Assembly: GCA_963808625.1 (NCBI GenBank)
Contig: CAWEHK010000037.1
Coordinates: 64,001 to 128,000, forward strand
Direction: 5' to 3'
Source: an uncultured delta proteobacterium
GTDB taxonomy: Bacteria > Desulfobacterota > Syntrophobacteria > Syntrophobacterales > Syntrophobacteraceae
DNA length: 64,000 nucleotides
Position 1 is the first letter of the stretch. Every line of letters begins with the position of its first letter. The notes under the pieces are model-generated. The model was not told where the DNA came from and did no database searches. It worked only from the letters and a program-made list of their open reading frames with translations. Positions 57,006 through 64,000 of the stretch are shown here, one piece after another. The position numbers were made by a program, and so were the translations under genes.

Positions 57006-57683
57006 TCAAAACATCCCGGCCACTCGCAGGAAGTTATTGAGAATGCACATTGAGACCAAACGGTATTCCGCTTCCCGATCAGCGAACGCATGAAGCAACT
57101 CTTGTTGCTGTTCGCCAAGATCGCTGCTCCACTCTCGAACGATTTCCCGCGTGACCTCGGGATGAAACTGGATGCCATAGGCGGTGCGACCGCAGCGGAA
57201 CGCCTGGTAGGGGCACGTATCCGAACGGGCGAGATGGAGAGCGCCGGGAGGAGGTTCAAAAGAGTCGTTGTGCCACTGAAACGACAGGAAATGCTTCGGC
57301 ACCCCGGCAAAGAGCGGGTCCCGTTCGCCTTCATCAGTGAGCATAAGTCTGTGACAGCCCAATTCTCCGTGCTTTTTGAAAGAGACTTTGCCGCCGAGCA
57401 CCTCGGCCAGAAGCTGCCCGCCAAGACAGATGCCAAGGAAGGGGATTTCCATGGAGACGACTTCCCTGATCTGCTCTTCCAGTCGCTGCAGAAAGGGGAA
57501 TTCGTCGATGTCCCGGACGGACATGATCCCACCCAGGACAATAACTCCCTGCAATTGGTCAAGGTTTTCGAGGCCTTCCCCGGCGAAGAGTCGGATCAGG
57601 CGAAACCGGACCCGCTTCTCACGCAGCAGATCCATGAGCAATCCGGGCGGCACTTCGGGATCGTTCTGAACCACCTCAATCAT
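57006..57683 (-). CDS. Type 1 glutamine amidotransferase-like protein
   Basis: IVLGG, LGICLGGQLLA, QWHND, GIQFHPE. Confidence 0.9.
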   Translation of the reverse strand: MIEVVQNDPEVPPGLLMDLLREKRVRFRLIRLFAGEGLENLDQLQGVIVLGGIMSVRDIDEFPFLQRLEEQIREVVSMEIPFLGICLGGQLLAEVLGGKVSFKKHGELGCHRLMLTDEGERDPLFAGVPKHFLSFQWHNDSFEPPPGALHLARSDTCPYQAFRCGRTAYGIQFHPEVTREIVREWSSDLGEQQQELLHAFADREAEYRLVSMCILNNFLRVAGMF

Positions 57684-58129
57684 CTTCAACTCCACTGGTG
57701 CGCAAAGGCTTGACAACGACTGCCAGCAAATTGGAAGTCGGCAGTCAGGAGAAGAGCTCTTAGATCACACGTTGACCATACCCTAAAGAAATCTTGAGGG
57801 GAATGATGAAAAGTCAAACGCCAAGTCATTTTGCACTTCATTCCTACTCAGATCAAGATCAGGATTTTTCCCATGCTCTGAGCTCACGATCACCAAATGA
57901 GTCGTCTTAGCACATCCATACCCCCCATAAAAAGACGTCGTAATGAAAAAATAACCGACATCTCACGAAGCAAACCGCTTGACTTACTCTCGAAATTTCC
58001 TTAAATGCATAGAGCGCAAGGCAAGGCAGCCAATGGGCGCAAGCGAAAATCCACCGCCGAGACGCAGAGAGCGCAGAAAAAACCAAAATAAGTCAATAGT
58101 CTCGGCCTCGGCATGAAGGACAGGCATTC

Positions 58130-58387
58130 ATGAAATATTGGCGGACCCCGCTCGATTCTGCCGAAATCGAGGTTTCTCGAGGCATCGTATACATTGTCGA
58201 AGAGCGCTGCAAGGGCTGCGGCTATTGCATCGCCTTCTGCCCGCGGGACGTCCTCGAGCTCGCCAACTATTACAACGTCAAGGGTTACCGTCCCCCCATG
58301 GTGAAGAAGCCCGATGCCTGCGTCAATTGTCATTATTGTGAGATCATCTGTCCGGATATGGCTATTTATTCAGTGGCTGGTGATTAG
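58130..58387 (+). CDS. 2[4Fe-4S] ferredoxin, 2-oxoacid:ferredoxin oxidoreductase delta subunit
   Basis: CKGCGYCIAFCP and CVNCHYCEIICPD. Confidence 0.9.
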   Translation: MKYWRTPLDSAEIEVSRGIVYIVEERCKGCGYCIAFCPRDVLELANYYNVKGYRPPMVKKPDACVNCHYCEIICPDMAIYSVAGD

Positions 58388-58480
58388 TGGCTGGTGGCTG
58401 GTGGCTAGTGGCATAGTGGCTGGTCGTCAGGTGATTGGTGGGCACAGAATAGTGGCCAGTGGTCAGTCCAGTGATCAGTG
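58373..58480. repeat. Heptamer microsatellite (GTGGCTR)n, degenerate
   Basis: gtggctg gtggctg gtggcta tract overlapping and following the ferredoxin stop. Confidence 0.6.
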
Positions 58481-58566
58481 GTTCAGAGCAGGCCACCCGT
58501 GCGATGTGCTACCGTGATAGAGCAACGATGACCTGCCGGGTCATGGGCATTAGTGGTTAGTCGGTG

Positions 58567-59757
58567 ATGAGTGGAGAGAAGTTCGAGATGGACGCAGCAG
58601 TATTAACCGGCAAGCATTTCATCACCGGGGATGTGGCGTGTGCCGAAGGGGCCCTGGCGGCCGGGTGTCGCTTTTTTGCCGGATATCCCATAACGCCCGC
58701 CACGGAGATTGCGGAGCGCATGGCCGCCCGCCTCCCGGATATGGGTGGAACCTTCGTGCAGATGGAAGACGAGATAGCCTCCATGGCGGCCATCCTGGGG
58801 GCTTCCTGCGCCGGGGTGAAGAGCATGACCGCCACCTCTGGGCCGGGTTTCAGTCTGATCATGGAAAATCTCGGTCTCGGCATCTGCACCGAAACGCCCT
58901 GCGTGGTGGTCAATGTGCAGCGCGCCGGACCCTCCACCGGCCTCCCCACCCTGGGCGCCCAGGGCGACATGATGCAGGCCCGCTGGGGATCACACGGGCA
59001 CTATGAAATTATCGCCCTGGCACCCGCTTCCCCCCAGGAACTTTTCTATGAGACCATCAACGCCTTCAATTTGAGCGAAACCTACCGCATACCGGTCCTG
59101 GTCATGACCGACGAGGTTACCGGTCATTTGAGCGAGCGCGTGGTCATCCCCGAGGCCGGGAGCATCAAGCTTTCTTCAAGACCGCGGCCAAAGGGGAGGA
59201 AGGACCGTTTCAAACCGTTTCAGCCCGGTCCTAATGGCGTTGCGCCCATGGCCATCGCGGGGGAAGGTTACGGCATCCATGTCACCGGGCTGACCCACGA
59301 TGTCAGGGGCTATCCGGTAATGACCGCTGAAGCGCAGGCGGCCATGATTTCGCGTTTGACCGAGAAGATCCGGAGGAACCTCCACGATATTATCCGCACC
59401 GAAAGCTATCGCCTGGAAGATGCCGAAATTGCAATCGTCTCCTACGGCGTCTCCGCGCGGAGCAGTCTGGCGGCCGTGGATGAAGCCCGGGAACGGGGCA
59501 TTAAGGCAGGATTGCTGCGGCTGATCACGGTCTGGCCGTTTCCGGAGGAAATTCTGCGCCGGCTGGCTGAAAAGGTGAAGGCCCTGGTTACGGTCGAGAT
59601 CAACCTCGGGCAGATTCACCTGGAGGTGCAGCGGTGCGCGGCAGGGCGTGCCCCGGCGTTTCTCGTCGGCCATGCGGGCGGCGCGGTGATCCCACCGGAG
59701 CAGATCATGGCGATGCTGAAAGACATTCAGTCAATGATTCTAAGCCGGAGCGCTTAA
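58567..59757 (+). CDS. korA: 2-oxoacid:ferredoxin oxidoreductase alpha subunit (KorA-like; substrate not determinable)
   Basis: GYPITPATE, QMEDEIAS, TATSGPGFSL, QRAGPSTGLPT. Confidence 0.92.
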   Translation: MSGEKFEMDAAVLTGKHFITGDVACAEGALAAGCRFFAGYPITPATEIAERMAARLPDMGGTFVQMEDEIASMAAILGASCAGVKSMTATSGPGFSLIMENLGLGICTETPCVVVNVQRAGPSTGLPTLGAQGDMMQARWGSHGHYEIIALAPASPQELFYETINAFNLSETYRIPVLVMTDEVTGHLSERVVIPEAGSIKLSSRPRPKGRKDRFKPFQPGPNGVAPMAIAGEGYGIHVTGLTHDVRGYPVMTAEAQAAMISRLTEKIRRNLHDIIRTESYRLEDAEIAIVSYGVSARSSLAAVDEARERGIKAGLLRLITVWPFPEEILRRLAEKVKALVTVEINLGQIHLEVQRCAAGRAPAFLVGHAGGAVIPPEQIMAMLKDIQSMILSRSA

Positions 59758-59955
59758 GAGCTTGGTGAAAACCTTGGCAGGCTGGAAAGCCTGCCCCACA
59801 TTTTTGGCACCGGACTGGCCATAGCTCTGATGGAGCACGGCTTTCCAGCCTGCATAGGCTGATTCAGCTTGTCTGTGGATTTCCAACCTGCGAGGACGTG
59901 ACCCATGAGTACTCAAGTGGCGCTTTCAAACCAGCCCCGTTGGAGTAGACGTATA

Positions 59956-60798
59956 ATGACAAAACAGCAGGCTCATTCAGCACACCCCTTGGATGGACTC
60001 CTGCGCACCGATCGTATCCCCCACATCTGGTGCACGGGTTGCGGCATCGGCACGGCGTTTTCGTCCTGCCTGGTGGCCATGCAGGGGTCTGGCATTGACC
60101 TCAAGAAAACCGTAATGGTGTCGGGAATCGGCTGTTCGGGCCGGGCTGCAGGATATATCAGGCTTGATTCCTACCACACCACTCACGGGCGCGCGATTCC
60201 GTTCGCCACCGGCATGAAGCTCGCGAACCCCGACCTGAATGTGGTGGTCTTCAGCGGTGATGGCGACCTCTTTGCCATCGGGGGCAATCATTTTATCCAT
60301 GCCGCGCGCCGCAATGTCGACCTGACCGTGGTCTGCGTCAACAACTTCAATTACGGGATGACCGGCGGCCAGGCGGCGGCAACTACTCCCAACCTGGCGA
60401 GAACGACTACCACTCCTCTGGGCAATCCCGAAACCCCGTTCAACCTCCCGCTGCTGGCCTATGCGGCCGGCGCGACTTACGTCGCCCGATGGACCATATT
60501 GCATACCCGCGACCTCACGAAATCCATCGAAGAAGCTCTATTGCGGCGGGGTTTTTCCTTTATCGAAGTGTTGGCGCCCTGCCCTACCGGCTATGGCCGT
60601 CGCAACCGGGAAAAGCCTCTGGAAACCCTTCAGATTTACCGGGACCGCACGATCACAAGGAATGGCGCTCACCCTTCGGAAGTGATCCTGGATTTCGGTA
60701 AGGGAATCACCCTGGGCAAATTCGTTGACCTGGAACGGCCAACCTGTACCGAAATGTATGATCGTACGTGTCGACCAAGTCTGGACGTGAGCGCATAG
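59956..60798 (+). CDS. korB: 2-oxoacid:ferredoxin oxidoreductase beta subunit (TPP-binding)
   Basis: WCTGCG, SGIGCS, HGRAIP, GDGD..IGGNH, YGMTGGQ. Confidence 0.92.
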   Translation: MTKQQAHSAHPLDGLLRTDRIPHIWCTGCGIGTAFSSCLVAMQGSGIDLKKTVMVSGIGCSGRAAGYIRLDSYHTTHGRAIPFATGMKLANPDLNVVVFSGDGDLFAIGGNHFIHAARRNVDLTVVCVNNFNYGMTGGQAAATTPNLARTTTTPLGNPETPFNLPLLAYAAGATYVARWTILHTRDLTKSIEEALLRRGFSFIEVLAPCPTGYGRRNREKPLETLQIYRDRTITRNGAHPSEVILDFGKGITLGKFVDLERPTCTEMYDRTCRPSLDVSA

Positions 60799-61240
60799 CA
60801 AATCGCGCGGCTGATCGACTCTTGAAAAGCATCTCACCGCAGAGACGCAGAGAACGCAGAGCGAAAATGAGAATCAAGAACCTCACCTTGCCTGATGGAA
60901 CGAGCGTGACCGACATCACAGCCTTTCTCCGTGCACTGATGACATCCAATTGTTTGAAGCTCGGTACAGCTCAGCAAAATAAAGTGTCCATTGTCCTGGA
61001 TCGTCATTCCGGCAATCTCCTAGCCGGAATCCACAAGAGCTTCCTGGATACCGGCTAAAAACATGCCGGTATGACGAAGGGAAATCTGACACTCAATTCT
61101 GCGACGCAGTACTTAGCCACGATATTTCTATCAGTAAAGGGTTTCTCTGCGTTCCTCCGCGCTCTCTGCGTCTCTGCGGTGTGCTTTTGGTTGCGGCCAT
61201 CGGTGACACTGCATTCTCACAATGAAAAGGAAATCCGCAA

Positions 61241-61849
61241 GTGATAGAGGTTAGTTCAGAATCCCCCTCGCGTAACGAAATCATCATTACCGGTTTTGGC
61301 GGTCAGGGTATTGTGCTTGCCGGTCAGATCATGGGCAAGGCGGCCAGCCTGATTGACCAGAAGGAAACCACCCTGACGCAGTCTTATGGTCCGGAAGCCA
61401 GAGGCGGGGCCTGCAGCGCTCAGGTCATTATCTCCACGGCGACCATCCACTACCCCTACGTGAACCATCCCGACATCCTGGTGTGCCTGTCTCAGGAAGC
61501 CTACAACAAGTTCCATGGGTTATTGAAGGATGGCGGGACCCTGATCGTCGACCAGGACCTGATTCGCCCAGCGGAAGCCGGGCAGGCGAATTGCTTTTCC
61601 ATCCCGGCTACGCGCATGGCCGAGGAACTGGGGAACAAGATGATGGCAAATGTGGTCATGCTTGGCTTCGTTACGGCGGTGACGGGCGCCGTTTCTGCCA
61701 ATGCCATGCGTGATACCGTGGCGGACACGGTGCCTAAGCGCAGCGTGGAACAGAATGTTGCCGCCTTCAATAAAGGCTTCGATTACGGCCTCGCGACCCT
61801 CAAGGGGCGCCGCAAAAAGGCCGCCGAGCAAAAGAGTGCAGCTTCATGA
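61241..61849 (+). CDS. 2-oxoacid:ferredoxin oxidoreductase gamma subunit
   Basis: GFGGQG, QSYGPEARGG, ANVVMLG. Confidence 0.92.
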   Translation: MIEVSSESPSRNEIIITGFGGQGIVLAGQIMGKAASLIDQKETTLTQSYGPEARGGACSAQVIISTATIHYPYVNHPDILVCLSQEAYNKFHGLLKDGGTLIVDQDLIRPAEAGQANCFSIPATRMAEELGNKMMANVVMLGFVTAVTGAVSANAMRDTVADTVPKRSVEQNVAAFNKGFDYGLATLKGRRKKAAEQKSAAS

Positions 61850-64000
61850 GGGACTTTAAAGACCGGCTCCATCGTGTCCTGGTGATCGGCGCAACTCCTG
61901 CGGGGCTCGCTGCAACCAACAAGTTGGGTGAAATGGGTATTCCCGTAACCCTTGTCGACTCCAACCCGGACCTCGATCAGCGGTTTTCCCGCGAGGAATG
62001 GCGCCTGGCTTCGGGAGTTCCCCTGAATTATGCCATGCGACCGGGATTACTCCGCATCCTGCGGAACCCGCGCATCTCCTGTGTCATTCCGGGTGAAATC
62101 AGTTCTCTGAAGCACACCCCCCAAGGCTTTTGCGCCCATTTCAAGAACTTCGAAACCTTCATCGACCCCGAACGATGCGTGCTCTGCGGCCGCTGCGCTG
62201 AAGTCTGTCCGGTTACCTGCCGTGATGGTTCAAAACCCCTTCAATACCATGGCCGTCACAGCCTGCCCGGACGCCCGGTGATCGCCAAAAAAGGCACCAG
62301 TCCCTGCAAGGCTGAATGTCCGGCGCACATCAGTGTCCAGGGGTATGTGGCGCTGGTTGCCCAGGGTAAGTACCGTGAAGCCCTCCAGCTCATCAAGGAG
62401 CAAAATCCGCTTCCGGCCATCTGCGGCAGGGTCTGCGATCACCCGTGCGAAGGGGTTTGCACGCGGCGGCAAGTGGACGAACCGGTGGCGATAGATTTCA
62501 TCAAGCGGTTTGTGGCCGACCTCGATCTCGACGCCGAAACCCGTTATGTTCCGGAAATCAAGGCGAAGCGTGAAGAAAAGGTGGCCATCATCGGTTCCGG
62601 GCCGGCGGGGCTTTCCTGTGCTTATTATCTTGCCATCGAGGGTTACCGGGTAACCGTCTTCGAAAAGCTTCCCGTGCTTGGCGGCATGCTGACCGTGGGC
62701 ATTCCGGCTTATCGCCTGCCGCGCAATATCATCGAAGCCGAGATTCAGGTCATCCGCGATTTGGGTGTGGTGTTCAGAACCGGAGTTGATATCGGCCGAG
62801 ACGTCACCATCGCCCAGCTTCGCGAGCAGGGTTACCGGGCTTTCTTCCTCGCCATTGGGGCGCATGAGTGCAAGGTCCTCGGGGTAGAAGGAGAAAGTCT
62901 CGAAGGGGTTTATCCGGGAACGGATTTCCTGCTCCGGCTCAATCTCGGTGAAACCATTGCCCTCGGCGACCGGGTAGCCGTGGTGGGCGGCGGCAACGTG
63001 GCCATGGATGCGGTGCGCAGCGCCAAACGCCTGGGTGCGGCCAGGCCGTTTATCGTTTACCGCCGAAGTCACGAGGAAATGCCGGCCAACGAAGAAGAGA
63101 TCGAAGAATGCCGCGAAGAAGGCATCGAGATCATGACCCTCACCACCCCCACTCGGATCATCGGGGAAAATGGACGGGTCAAGGCCATCGAATGCATCCG
63201 CATGACGCTGGGAGAACCCGATGCCGAGCGGCAGGCGACGTCCTGTCCCGATTCCGGGCTCGGAATTCACGATGGAGGTCGATGCCGTTATTGCTGCCAT
63301 CGGCCAGGAATCCGACTGGGCCTGCCTCACTTCCGAGTGTACCTGCACCCTGAGTGACTGGGGGACGGTGCGTGTCGATCCCCTGACCTTGCAGACCGAC
63401 GATGCGGATATTTTTGCCGGCGGGGACGCCGTGACCGGCCCGAAGACGGTCATCAGGGCGATCGCCGCTGGAAAACAGGCGGCTGTCTCCATTGGGCGCT
63501 TCATCGAGGGCAGCGATCTTAAGGAAGGTCGCCAAAAGGAATGGCACGCGGTGGAGGACCTTCGCCCCGAGGGCTACGATCGCATCCCCCGCGAGCAGAT
63601 GCCACGGCTTGATCCCGAAGAGCGCCTGACGGGCTTCCAGGAAGTGCAGCAGGGTTTCTCCGAGGATCAGGTGCTGACGGAAGCGGCACGGTGCCTGGCC
63701 TGTGGGATTTGCTCGGAATGCCTCCAGTGCCAGGAAACTTGCGGTCTGCGAGGAGCCATAAGCCATGATGGGGTGTCTGAACAGGGTCCCGAACATGCCG
63801 GTGTGGTAATCATTGCGGACCCCGATGCGGCGCCTCCCATCAGAGGCGAAGACGTTATTCGCGCCTATAGCAAGAAATCCGCCAGGGACGACGTCTATGC
63901 CATGATGCTGCGCGGTTTTGCCGCCGCCGCGGAAGCCATGCTCATCCTCGGCGGCGGTTCCCAGCGCCTGAAGGGCCATGGCCTCTCGTTCTCGCCACCT
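61846..64000 (+). CDS. HdrA-like flavoprotein with an inserted GltD/NfnB-like NAD(P)H module (HdrL-like); frameshift near 63228, runs off the window
   Basis: VLVIGATPAG, CVLCGRCAEVCP, SPCKAECPAH, CGRVCDHPCE, IIGSGPAG, VVGGGNVAMD, FAGGDAVTGP, CLACGICSECLQCQETC. Confidence 0.8.

Noticed and set aside
60768..61058. Small ORF between korB and the gamma subunit
   Set aside because: It spans CGCAGAG and GTCATTCC REP-like repeats and has no motifs
63355..63357. Selenocysteine TGA in the HdrA-like gene
   Set aside because: This TGA is out of frame after a frameshift near 63228; the conserved sequence continues in another frame

Overview
GC-rich bacterial chromosome segment, most likely from a Desulfobacterota (Syntrophobacterales-like) organism; this is inferred from gene order and content only. 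Many essential genes carry single-base frameshifts (eno, fusA, dapA, dapB, tal, Lon-like protease, nrfH), which points to an uncorrected long-read assembly rather than real pseudogenes. Core content: tRNA-Cys, eno, efp-epmA, amrB, TPR and LolB-like lipoproteins, mog, an EF-G paralog, a long co-oriented run xerC-hslVU-argBDFGH-lysA-dapFAB-dapL-folK-tal-slt-pgsA-TIGR00300, khpA, a Lon-like protease, nrfHA, and a 2-oxoacid:ferredoxin oxidoreductase operon followed by an HdrA/GltD-like fusion that runs off the window. There are two accessory zones. Zone 1 (3.2-7.8 kb) holds a 78-bp REP-derived tandem array and a DUF4062-like/NACHT/FGE-sulfatase gene whose 3' end looks like a diversity-generating retroelement (DGR) variable region with a downstream hairpin; no RT or template repeat was seen in the window. 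Zone 2 (43.2-56.9 kb) holds a HEAT-repeat protein, MNT-HEPN, an aspartyl protease, an MBL hydrolase, a DUF4062-like/NB-ARC/TPR gene with near-identical repeats and hypervariable positions, a SNF2 helicase plus partner, and toxin-antitoxin remnants. Intergenic DNA is rich in REP-like palindromes, MITE-like elements with IS5-type ends, and heptamer microsatellites. The best candidate for an interesting system is the pair of NLR-like STAND proteins with putatively diversified sensor domains.
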